Notes under the pieces: model-generated
Seen by the model: only the letters and a program-made list of their open reading frames with translations
The model's database searches: none
Told to the model about the DNA's origin: nothing
Assembly: GCA_051294375.1 (NCBI GenBank)
Contig: CM119264.1
Span: 22,517,762 to 22,533,822, forward strand
DNA: 16,061 nt
Direction of reading: 5' to 3'
DNA from: Paraspadella gotoi
Taxonomy: Eukaryota; Animalia; Chaetognatha
Part shown: piece by piece, positions 1 to 10,236 of the stretch
Position numbering within the stretch: the first letter of the stretch is position 1
Layout: each line of letters starts with the position of its first letter
Translations under genes and position numbers: made by a program

Positions 1-227
1 TCTCGGGTAATAGAAGAAATAAACCCATAGATTGCATCTCTCTCCTCCCATGAAAACAAGGCTAAATCGATTTCCAGCTCAAAATTGGATTTTTTTTTCC
101 TCTTTTCTCCCCTCTCGCTATCTCTCTCTCTCTCTTTACTCTCTCTCTCTCGCTCTCGCTCTCTCCCCTTCTCCATCGTGATCTTATCTACGAGAGAAAT
201 CAGATGGTCGGCGTTTTTTGACCGATC

Positions 228-321
228 CGCCAATGGGATCCCGCCGTTCGGATGGACGAGATCGGAGGACCAATGGGAAGACGCCGTTTGATAAGACGCG
301 AGTCGATTTTGGACCAATCAG
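228..321 (+). promoter_or_regulatory. Cluster of three CCAAT (NF-Y-like) boxes in a GC/CpG-richer patch
   Basis: cgCCAATGGG (CCAAT 230-234), gaCCAATGGG (270-274) and gaCCAATCAG (314-318). All are in the same orientation, 40 and 44 bp apart, and fit the extended NF-Y consensus. Function is inferred. Confidence 0.4.
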
Positions 322-973
322 GGCCCTCGCTGTGATTGCCTCCCGACGTCGAGGTGGGATGAAGGAAATGAGAATTTGGAATTATGGGAATATGATCAAT
401 AAACGTGGTCTAGAGTTTTCTCTGTGATTAAACGTCGGATTCTCGACGGAGAGGTGAAGCTTCGGTTTGATGAGATATATTACTATTTTATATATCATTA
501 CGTAATAGTATATTCATCTTTGTTTAATTCAACTAGTTAATTTAACTAACTTTAATTCAACTATCATTCAAAATTTCATTATTTTCTCTCCAAAAAATAT
601 ATATGTTTCAAGCGTTGTATTAGGTTACCGGTAAACTTCACATTTTTTTTTTTTTTAAATAACTTTTTCGGGATAATTGGCCTTAAAAATTATCTTTAAA
701 AAATTGTACAGGTCCAAACTATACAAATAAATGTGCAAATATATTTTATTAAGATCTTATATTAAGATAGCCTGCTCACAGAGGTCGAATTCGTGTCTTT
801 GTAATAAAAAAAAGATGTAATAAAAAAGTTATTGATCGACGGTTTTTCTTTGCCGAATCTTCAATTACGAAGCAGAAAAAAAGACAGACTCGTTTATTTT
901 CTCCGTTAATATTGCCCTTTTCCTTGATAAATCTTTGACCTTATCGGACCAGCTGACCCCCAAACAATTCAAT

Positions 974-1087
<114 letters not shown>

Positions 1088-1287
1088 CAATTTCGGAAAC
1101 TGAGATGTTTCTCGTCATTCGACAAAAGTTATTACTATCCACTATCCTGTCCAATGTCACATGTCAGTGTTGAATTATGTACATCTTTTTGTACAGAAAA
1201 CTCATGATTTCTATACTATTAAAAGTGAGGAGAGCCGAAGTTAACCGCAGGCGATCGAGGGTTTCTGGCTCCTTAATTGGCGCGGCA

Positions 1288-1291
<4 letters not shown>

Positions 1292-1348
<57 letters not shown>
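1292..1348. repeat. (TC)n microsatellite
   Basis: Perfect TC run. Confidence 0.98.
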
Positions 1349-1351
<3 letters not shown>

Positions 1352-1752
1352 GCAAAGAGAATTTCCGATTATGCCTTTCAATTAGCTAATGGCTTGAATC
1401 TTCCATTACCAAGCACTTAACGGAATCGGGGGAAACTTGTGCACGAACGACAGCTACGACGACAACGACGACGACAATAGCAACAACCACGGCATCATGC
1501 TTTTTAGCTGAATCTTTTCACCGGTCGATCGTTTAATTGAGTAGGAAACACACAAAAACAGATTTTAATTCAACTAATTTTGATGTAGTACATCGGTTGC
1601 TACAGGGAATCGAATGGGAATTATTAAATTTTGCTCAAAAAAATTAAAATATTGAAATTGGTAACTCGAGAAAAAAAAAGTATAGCGTGGAATTTGAATG
1701 AATGAATGAAAACAACGAATACCCTTCACCATCTGCAATCTACATTCGACAG

Positions 1753-2400
1753 TAGAGTGATGTGAAAATGATAAAATTTTAGAAAATTAAAATTTAGCAT
1801 ATAAAACATGAACATTAAAAATACTTTGGTAAATTTATTTTTTAATTTTATACATTAGTGGGCACCAGTGAGCTATATTTATATATAGTAATAAGTATAT
1901 AATAGGCTAAAATTTTAAAATACAAATTTTCTAATTTTCAGATCGGATTTGGATTCCTTGCAAAAAGTTAATTCAAGAAAGTATAATTCTTTTTTAAAAA
2001 ATCTTTCATTAAGTTAGTCAAAAATGTAAAAAACTATATTAAAGATACCGATTTTTAATTTCCAGCTTAAAAATATAGTTTTTTGTAATTTTAACCTACT
2101 TAATGATATAATTTTTGAAAAATATTTATATTTTCTTTCATCAACTTTTAACGAGGAATCTGAATCTGTCCTCAGAATTAAAAAAAAAAACATTTTGAAA
2201 TTTTGATATTATATAAGGGTAGTACTATATACAAAATAAGCTGACTGGGCTACTATATTTGTAAAAAAAGAAAAATAACTACAGATTAGTATTCACTAAT
2301 ATTGAAGACGCTGTCTCAAGCGGATCAGCGACAGCGATCAGCGATCAGCGATTCAAGATATAATTTCTAAATTTTAATTCCAAACTTTCACTTCACCCTA
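1753..2400. mobile_element. Non-autonomous hAT-like DNA transposon (foldback MITE), copy 1
   Basis: Imperfect TIRs TAGAGTGATGTGAAA (1753) and TTTCACTTCACCCTA (ending 2400). Exact 8-bp TSD TTCGACAG at 1745-1752 and 2401-2408. Second copy at 15096-15708. No coding capacity. An 8-bp TSD with TAGRG termini is typical of hAT. Confidence 0.88.
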
Positions 2401-2410
2401 TTCGACAGTC

Positions 2411-2464
2411 CACAGTCAAAATCAATTCACAGTCAAAATCAATTCACAGTCAAAATCAATTCAC
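2411..2464. repeat. 17-bp tandem repeat x3 (CACAGTCAAAATCAATT)
   Basis: Three exact copies starting 2 bp after the right TSD of the MITE. Confidence 0.93.
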
Positions 2465-2727
2465 GTTCGATTGAGATTTTGTCCATCGTTCGTCACATTA
2501 GGCGAAACTGACTTTCCTTGTCAATGTGGAACTTTAGCCCGTGAAACGGAGAAGAAAGCAGAATGAGCAGAATGAAGAGGAGCAAGAGGAGCAGGAGCCA
2601 AAGGAGGAGCTGGAGCGAGAAGAGACGAAGTGTTGAGAGGCGGCGCTTAAAGAGTTATACCTTCGCCTCCATTAAACCAAAGTGAACCATGTTTTCTTTG
2701 CCGAGTGATTTTCAAGATTAAAATTTT

Positions 2728-2856
2728 CCTCTCTCTCTCTCNNNNNNNNNNNNNNNNNNNNNNNNNTCTCTCTCTCTCTCCTCTCTTCTTCTTTCTTCTC
2801 TCTCTCTCTCTCCTCTTTACTCTCTCACTTGTCTCTCTCCTCTCTCCTCTCTCTCT
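2728..2856. repeat. Degenerate (CT)n tract spanning a 25-N gap (2742-2766)
   Basis: CT-rich low-complexity sequence on both sides of exactly 25 Ns. Confidence 0.9.
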
Positions 2857-3195
2857 ACATCAGACTATTCTACTTCTTTACCTCCTATCATATATAATAT
2901 TTCTCTCTCTTAAATAGACTATTTATCTTTCTCTATTTCTCCATGTTTCAGTTTTTTCTATCTTCTTTTTTCCTACCATCTTTTGCCGTTATTTTCAGGC
3001 AGACGACTCAGTTTTGAAATTGACCAAAAACCGAAAAAAAAATTATCAAAAAGTGGTTATTTCGAAAACACCTGGTTATTTTAGTGACTTCGACATCCAC
3101 TAAGTTTCGTTTTCTGTTCGATGTCTTTCGTGTTGGTTGGCTGGTCGAAAGGTTTTCAAATTTGGCAAGACTTTATGCGTTGAAAGTCTTCAAAA

Positions 3196-3213
3196 GAGAA
3201 GAGAGAAGGAGAG

Positions 3214-3259
<46 letters not shown>

Positions 3260-3282
3260 AGAGAGAGGAGAAGAGAGAGAAG
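3196..3282. repeat. Degenerate (GA)n microsatellite
   Basis: GA run with interruptions. Confidence 0.92.
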
Positions 3283-3859
3283 GGACACTAGAGGTTCTAG
3301 AGTTTTGGGTAATGGAAGCTAAGTGCATGGAAAGAGTAGCGCGGTTTGGCTATGAAAAGAGGCCGGTTAGAGGATTTCAGATATTTACAAACACTCGATT
3401 ATCTAATGGGTTTAATTGAAGCACTCAGCATATTGGTGATTGTAAAGATTTTGTTGTAAGTTAACCTTTGCCTGTTTAATTTTGTGATGTTACCTATTTT
3501 CTTCCGTGATTTTCTTTATGTCGTTGCATTTTTTCATTCTCTTTTTTTTTTCTTTCTACTTTCAGCTTTCTCGATCTCCTCTTTGTATGAGAAAATAAAA
3601 AGTTCCGTTTTTGTGCGGAAATCTTTTTCCGGTAAAAATCAATTTTCGATGTTTTAACCTTCTTGGTCTCCGTCGGCCTTTAAAGGCCTGAAACGTCTCG
3701 GATGCGGGCGAGGAGGCCAAACCGGCCAAACCGGCCGATAAACCGCCATAAGAAGTTGTCCGCTTAAAAAAAGCGCCAACCTTTAAATCGCCCGCGCCTA
3801 AAAAGCAATATCGTGTTTTCTGAACTTTTTCCTTTTTATATCCATAAGTGGAGAAAGGG

Positions 3860-3862
3860 CTC

Positions 3863-3898
<36 letters not shown>

Positions 3899-4111
3899 NN
3901 NNNNNNNNNNNNNNNNNNNNNNNNNNNNNNNNNNNNNNNNNNNNNNNNNNNNNNNNNNNNNNNNNNNNNNNNNNNNNNNNNNNNNNNNNNNNNNNNNNNN
4001 NNNNNNNNNNNNNNNNNNNNNNNNNNNNNNNNNNNNNNNNNNNNNNNNNNNNNNNNNNNNNNNNNNNNNNNNNNNNNNNNNNNNNNNNNNNNNNNNNNNN
4101 NNNNNNNNNNN
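3860..4111. other. (CT)n tract (3860-3898) running into an assembly gap (3899-4111)
   Basis: CT run followed by 213 Ns. Confidence 0.95.
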
Positions 4112-4154
4112 CATCGCTTAAGCATTGTAACATTTTGAGTTTTCAAACAACAAG

Positions 4155-4224
4155 GAAACTTGTTTCCAGATTTTAACTCAACCTTAAATTTAAAAAGACG
4201 AATATACGGGGTGTATCTATTTCA

Positions 4225-4257
<33 letters not shown>
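4155..4257 (+). repeat. Direct duplicate of the retroelement's right flank (12592-12700), followed by a 25-N gap (4258-4282)
   Basis: GAAACTTGTTTCCAGATTTT(T)AACTCAACCTTAAATTTAAAA..GACGAATA..CGGGGTGTATCTATTTCATA(TC)n occurs at both positions and differs only by 1-bp indels. Confidence 0.93.
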
Positions 4258-4282
4258 NNNNNNNNNNNNNNNNNNNNNNNNN

Positions 4283-5000
4283 AAAAAGAGTACGCAACAA
4301 GCTAACTTGAAAACTATTATCAATCAATTGGGATAAAATAATGGAATTCAAAACAGCAGATATCGTAAAACAGCCAGACAAAATCGAGAGCCCTTGCCGA
4401 AACTTGCTCATCAACTAGAGGCAAATCCACAGCATCACGAATGCACAACTACTCAAAACCTCTCGACGCCAAAGAGAGAGCCCTGACGAGTAAGTTCTTA
4501 TATAAGCTGGGCTGGCAAAACTGGACTGAAATCGACATAGGTGAAAAAAAGCGAGGATAAACAGAGCCAAAGCTTGCGCAAAACTGGAACGCAGAGCCAG
4601 CAGAAGCGAAGAGGAAGTTCCCAAGATCACCACGCCCACCGCCTCATTTTCGCCGCCCACCTCACAAGACGTCAACCCTCTCGCTTGTTTAAAACGAAAC
4701 TATTAACAAAAGGAACAGGCCAAATCCGGTTAGGAGAGGAGAAAACCCCACCTCAGAACTGCGACCAGCTGGTGATAAGGAAAACCCTACTATGAAATAA
4801 TAGCAGGGAAACATTCAGGAGAATCACTCCACCAAGCCACCAATCAGCGAGTGGAGTTGGAATGCCATCACCTGAAATTTTCTTCACCCATCAGCGGAAG
4901 CAGAAACCACCAAAGATGAAAAGGTAATACCACCACTCCTGAGCGCATAGCAAACGTCATCGACACAACCAAGGCCCGGACCCAGAGACGATACTGGTAA
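4283..5000 (+). pseudogene. gag: Probable 3' part of gag (frameshifted, positional call)
   Basis: Lies directly upstream of the protease with the same A/C-rich composition and short + strand ORF fragments (e.g. 4541-4795). No diagnostic capsid or zinc-knuckle motif was recognised. Confidence 0.45.
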
Positions 5001-5039
5001 ACCATGCCACTAGGGAAAAACAGTTACCATCCCGGCGTT

Positions 5040-5290
5040 ATCGCGGAGTACCGGCTATTGTTTATATGACAACCGGCGCGTCAGTCAACACTATCCGAAA
5101 GAAAATTCATCGATAAATGGTCACTAAGCAACGATATTTTACCAGGCTCACCCCTCCGCTTATCGACAGCAACGGGAACAATCACATTAACCGAAAAGTA
5201 GATCTCCGAATCATGTTTCAGAATTGGGTGCTAAAAACGGTTTTTTACATATCGCTGATGAAAATGACCAGGATTATCATCATAGGAACC
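5040..5290 (+). pseudogene. pol: Retropepsin aspartic protease domain (frameshifted)
   Basis: tta tat gac (a) acc ggc gcg tca gtc aac act atc = LYD/TGASVNTI, with catalytic D at 5068-5070 and one extra A. C-terminal IIIG motif at ~5273-5290. Confidence 0.85.
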
Positions 5291-5938
5291 GCCGTAAACC
5301 ACCTGCCCCGCCGAGCAGTTATGGGTCGTACAACCCTCAACTCAAAAGAAACCTACAATAGCCCAATGGCTGTAAACCAATTACCCACTCTTCAGGACAA
5401 ACATGACGCCTTGAAAGCAGCACAGATGGGCTAGCGAGAGGTAACCTGGACGAGGAGACGACACTGCCAGTACACGTGGAACGTGATAATGAGGAATGAC
5501 CAAACTCACATCAAGTAGGCCTTATTGGAAAACACTTGTTGGATCGAGATGGATTATCGGAATCCAAACATGATGACAAGGCTTACATCCGTTGATGGAG
5601 CCAGCTACGAGAAGGCGTGAAATTGACGCCAAACCCGGAATCTGGGGCACGCACGCCCACTCATTACAAACGAGGCAAAAACGGATTAAACCTAAGAATA
5701 GAAAACACAGCAGAACCCGTCCAGTGCCGACCTTACAGGTGACAAGCCCCTCCTCAGAAAGAATAAGGAAGGACCCATCCCGGCTACTACAATCATCCAC
5801 CAAAGCCAACAAAGGAAGAATCCAAGCAGTAGGGAAAGCGCCCGAAAGAGGGCGCGAAAAACATGACGCAAGAGGAAAAGAGGCTTTCCTCAAGCATCAA
5901 GGACGTCGATCCCAGCTTGCGCGAAAGCTCACCTGGGT

Positions 5939-6830
5939 CTGGAAGTCGTCTGGGAATACAGAGATGTATTCGGCGAAACAATAAACGACTGCAAGGAGGG
6001 CTATTCTTAAACTACAGAGTCGACCTTGGCTTTACTGAAGAGATCTGCCCAAACCGAAATTTGCTAATCAAGGGCCTGTCCAAAAAGGCAGCATTAAAGA
6101 GATATCTAGAGGTGTACGAAAAGGAGCATCGTCTCCAGAACCAAAAATGAAGCTTACTCAAAGCGTTTCTGATAAAAAACCTGGACACATAGCCGAAGGC
6201 CAAGACGAGAATGAATGATGAGACATTTGCCAAACAATGGAGATCATCTGTGACTTATCGCAGTAAAAAAATATCTCTACTTATGCCACCGAACCTCAGA
6301 CTATCGCGTCAATCCTCGAACAGTATAAGCCACACGAATTACAATGCTCTGTGACATCCTCGCTTGTTTCCACCAAGTCACCTATCTGATAGATGCAAGC
6401 CGGTAACAACCTTCGCCGGAGCCGCCACAACTGGTGGATGAATAAACTACCAATGGAGGAGTCAACAGTGTTAATGTACTACAAGCTATACTCGACGAAA
6501 TCTTCCAAGACTTAGGAACTGACATCAAAAAGTTTCCTAGTGTCGTCGACGACCTTATCTTGACAGCAAGGTCGCCTGAGGATATGGCCCAGAGACTCCG
6601 GGACCTACTCCAGAGATGCAGAGACGAAAACGTCATTCTCAAATGGACGAAAAAGCGTGCTGCTACGCAAAGAGGACATCAAATCCTCGGCTTCAGCATC
6701 TCCAAAAGCAAGCTCATGCCGCAAAAGGAGAAGCTCGAGGCAGTTGAGGTCAAAGCTAAAATCGCTTAAAACTCAAAGGAGCTAAGAGCTATGCTTGCAT
6801 CCCTCAACTATTATAGATGCTTCACTCATA
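5939..6830 (+). pseudogene. pol: Reverse transcriptase and connection domain (frameshifted)
   Basis: LEVVWEYRDVFG (~5939-5974); W-x-IICDLSQ (~6238-6264); CDILACFHQV (~6350-6380); LP(M)GGVNSVNVLQAILDEIF (~6448-6505); VVDDLIL (DD at 6548-6553); ILGFSIS; MLASLNYYRCF (~6791-6823). Confidence 0.92.
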
Positions 6831-6989
6831 GATTCTCTTACATTGCCCAAACCTCTCCATGCCCTCACACTGCTTGATAAAAGGATTTCAAATTGAAGAA
6901 AAACATATCGCCATGTACAACACTAATAAATGAAATTCAAAGCTCCCCCGGACTAAATTTCTTAAACGACGCCAGAATAAGAAATGGAA

Positions 6990-7359
6990 CTATAGGATTT
7001 ATGCCGACGCCAGCACCAGTGCAATGGGGTCTCATCACGGCAAACAGCTGATGGCGTGGAATATCCTTTCAATTCCATTCAAAGTCATTCCCAACGAGTA
7101 CAGGATAAAACACATAAACGTACTCGAAACTCTGGCTTTATATGGATGTCAGAAAATTCAAGGATATACATGCGGCAGAAGGGTAACGCTCGTCACTGAT
7201 TCCCAATACTTAAAAGAGTGATGGATATGCAAACACGACAAGCAACAGATTGCTCCCCACAAACGTCCTCGGTGGATCACCGAAATACGCCAAGAGTGCC
7301 AACCAAAAGGAAGTGATACTCGTGAAGAGTGAGGAAACCCAGCAGATTTCCTCACGCGA
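6990..7359 (+). pseudogene. pol: RNase H domain (frameshifted)
   Basis: IYADAS (6997-7014), HINVLETLAL (7111-7140), VTLVTDSQYL (~7183-7212) and GNPADFLTR (7333-7359). These supply the four acidic-residue motifs of gypsy RNase H. Confidence 0.9.
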
Positions 7360-7439
7360 TTCACGGAGCAGGGACAGGTGACTCCGCTAGACCACTCCAT
7401 TCTTCCCGCCGGCTTCGACGTAGAAGCAATTATGAAGAA

Positions 7440-7860
7440 GAGTTTTGCCGAACAACCCAATCGAGGACAGCACACGCCAGAACACCTCGATTTAATTACT
7501 GGACATGCACCAACACTCACCCTCATGGCACAATTCTCCAAGAGACGTTAAGCATTCAGATCAAAATTCTTTGAGTTCGTCGCCAAAAGTTCGCAGAGAA
7601 GGAGGTCAAACATCGAAAAACTATATGGAAAACCAAAAACCAAAGATGCCGAACCTTCATCCGAACTATCTCGGCCAAAAGACTGGATTCTGGGTCACCC
7701 AGAGCTTGAACTTCTCAGTGAAATGATCGGAGCCACCATCATACTATGGAAGAAGAAACTACACAGCAGACTGGCTGCAAATACGAAAAAGTCTACGGGA
7801 AATCAAATGGGCCAGAATATCAAAATATTTAGAACAATAACGGGCCAAGTCAGCTTAATT
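7440..7860 (+). pseudogene. OTU-like (ovarian tumour cysteine protease fold) accessory domain within pol, catalytic residues not evident
   Basis: In-frame KDWILGHPELELLSEMIGATIILW (7678-7749), then across frameshifts VYGKSNGPE/IKIFRTITGQVSLI (7791-7860). This resembles the OTU pattern W-G-x-x-E-L-x-x-L-S-x-x-x-x-x-x-I...YG...GHY. By-eye recognition only. Confidence 0.45.
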
Positions 7861-8355
7861 AGCGACGCGGCCCCCATCGCCCCCTACAACCCCACCGTCG
7901 ACGACCCGATCCAAACAATCAAGGTATCAGGCCTCCGCAGCCAAAAGACGCGGAAGCCCAAACGTCAAACTGCTGCATAATTCAATCTGATCGTCTTCCC
8001 AAGACTTAATCAATATCAAAATTAAAAAGCCAAGAAGAGGATCACAGATGAGCAAAACTAGTGAAGAACCTCGATAGAAATGATAAAAACAAATGGCCAG
8101 GAGCTCAAATGGAAACCATGATCGACAGTACCTTAGAGGCCAACGTCGATATAACCGAGACAACAGTAGAAGAAGAATCAGCACAGCCGCACACTAAAAA
8201 CAAAAAGTTTCTCCCCATGGCATCCACCATCAAAACCGGCAAGGGGAAATGAGCTCTTTCAAGTCGTAATAGAGGCTCTACAGAACAAGACCGACAAACG
8301 CCGAGGATTTCCTAAACAAAAAAATGGAGAAACGAAAAAACTCACCGAACGATAT

Positions 8356-9500
8356 TTGACAAATAGTCTCGCGGACCTCGATGTATTAGACAATGGCATA
8401 CTGGTAATCAAAAGTTACAAAAAAAAAACAAAAGCCAAACAACGAATCGTCGTCCCCCCAACCAAGGCAGAAGAAATAATAAAGGAAATCCACAAACATT
8501 TTGGTCACCCAGGCCGCGACCGCACAGCTTTCATAGCAGCACAATATATTTACTCACCAGGCCTGACAAGCTCAGCAGCAAAGTGCGTCAGAGAATGCGA
8601 TAATGCGCAAAAGCAACTGACTCACAAAAATACAACGAAACTCCCTATCACCTAAATTAGCCATCGCACCCTGGGAGTCACTAAGCATCGATGTATGCAT
8701 ATGCCACCAGCAGCGGCTTTAATTACATCCTCGTAGCGTCAGATAAGCATCTGCCTACACATGGCTATCCCTCTTCGCCGAGCAGATGCAGAACAGTAGT
8801 AAAACGTTAGACGAAACATTTTTTACATCACGGATCCTACTTGGAGTTAAACTTCGACGGAGCTACACAATAAACGGAAAAAGCCATGAAATCGATCCTG
8901 GACTTACTCGACACAGTGGGAGGCGAGTCATGGTAGGAAGGAAAGACAGCAACAGGGCTGAAAGGGACATAGGAAGAATACGCCAAGCACTGAGAAAAGC
9001 AGTGGAGGATCAGCCAAGGAAATGGCTCGAGCAACTCCTCATCTCATGGTCTCCTCAACGCCACTCCTCAAATAATAGGATGGAAAACGGAAATGTCCCC
9101 CCCGAAATACAGTTTTGGCCACAGACCACAAGGTAGTCGAAGCTGCTGATGACTATACAAAAAGAAACTTGATCGATTGATCAATCAGGAGGAAGGCGGC
9201 TTGAAAGACAAGAAAAGCCAGAGAACTGACCTCGCGAACCAGAGAACAAAACTATTACAACCAACAGCACGAAAACAACCCATACAAAAAAACCAGAAAA
9301 CATCAAAGTAGGAGACCTGGGTCCTCGCGAGAGAGATTAATTGTCACAGGAACAACCACAGCTGTCCAACAAAAGTAAAAAGGAATTTATTCATTATTGG
9401 GCCCCACAGAGTCATTGAAAGAGACGGAAACCATTTATCTTGTCTGATTGGCGCCAAAAGCTTTAAAAATACCACAGGAGAGCGACTAAACTCTACAAAA
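8356..9500 (+). pseudogene. pol: Integrase (HHCC, DDE core, GPY/F-type C-terminus; frameshifted)
   Basis: RIVVP...EIHKHFGHPG (H 8491, H 8506)...C (8596) with the second C out of frame (8604); PWESLSID (D 8690); FDGA (D 8856); NRAER (E 8960); IKVGDL (9302-9319); IGPHRVIE (9396-9419). Confidence 0.92.
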
Positions 9501-9928
9501 CAGAGGCCAAGGATGCCACAGCTGTAAGCCCACAGGCTTAACCACGGAGACGTAGAGACGCGACAGAAACAAACAAAAAAAACGACAACAATAACAACGC
9601 AAACGCAAGACAAAAAAAAGAGAAAAAGCGAGTTTTTCCTCCTCCTCCTCCTTCCTCCTCCTCCGAGCAATAGCGATAACAACGGAGACAGAAAAAAACG
9701 GGACGGAGAAGACCAAAAACCAAAAGCACAAAAAAAAACAAAGCCAAAAACAATGACAATTCAAAAGAAGCCAAAGACTAAATATCCTCCTCTTTTTCCT
9801 CTTCTTCCCCCTTTTCCGAAGCGATGGAAAGAAAACTTAAAAGCCCGAGAAAAAAGAAGAGAAGATCACAAACCAAGATCATATCCTCATATCCTCAAGG
9901 CTCCTCAAAAAAAAAAAAAAAAAAAAAA

Positions 9929-10236
9929 CCAAAAAAGTCTTTTTCAAGACTAATTCTAAAAAGATCAAACTTAAACTAAACCCAAAAGTCTTTTTCAAGA
10001 AATTCTAAAAAGATCAAAACTTAAACAAAACCAAAAGTCTTTTTCAAGCTAAATTCTAAAAAAGATCAAACTATAAAATAAACCCAAAGTCTTTTTCAAG
10101 AACTAGTTTCTAAAAAGATCAAAAAGCATAAAATAAACCCAAGAGTCTTTTTTCCTTTAGACTGATCTCGAAAGATCAAAGCATAAATAAACCCAAAAGT
10201 CTTTTTTAAGACTGATTCTCGAAAGATCCAAAGAAT
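9929..10236 (+). repeat. ~51-bp tandem repeat x6 in the pol-env spacer
   Basis: Units of the form CCAAAAGTCTTTTTCAAGACTAATTCTAAAAAGATCAAACTTAAACTAAA start at ~9929, 9981, 10031, 10083, 10138 and 10192. The last unit ends at the env ATG. Confidence 0.92.

Noticed and set aside
2563-2685. 40-aa Arg/Ser-rich protamine-like ORF (MSRMKRSKRSRSQRRS...)
   Set aside because: Its composition is explained by a degenerate (AGG/AGC) repeat, with no supporting promoter or polyA signal.
3540-3800. Strong splice-acceptor-like tract (..TTTCAG 3565), 14-bp palindrome GGCCTTTAAAGGCC (3675-3688) and GGCCAAACC repeats
   Set aside because: No convincing exon or donor follows, and such short signals are plausible by chance in this composition.
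4155-4257. Duplicated flank read as the 5' LTR or as a TSD
   Set aside because: It has no similarity to the PPT-adjacent LTR body (12274-12590), runs into a host-like (TC)n tract, and is far too long for an integrase TSD.
3562-4414. ORFs spanning N runs
   Set aside because: They stay open only because of gaps and microsatellites, and no domain is recognisable.
4680-4765. Gag CCHC zinc knuckle
   Set aside because: Scattered Cys/His codons could not be fitted to CX2CX4HX4C spacing even allowing frameshifts.
5290-5938. Extra domain between protease and RT
   Set aside because: No recognisable motif, and linkers of this length are common in gypsy pol.
9929-10236. CRISPR-like repeat array
   Set aside because: The units are contiguous tandem copies without unique spacers, in a eukaryotic retroelement context with no cas genes.
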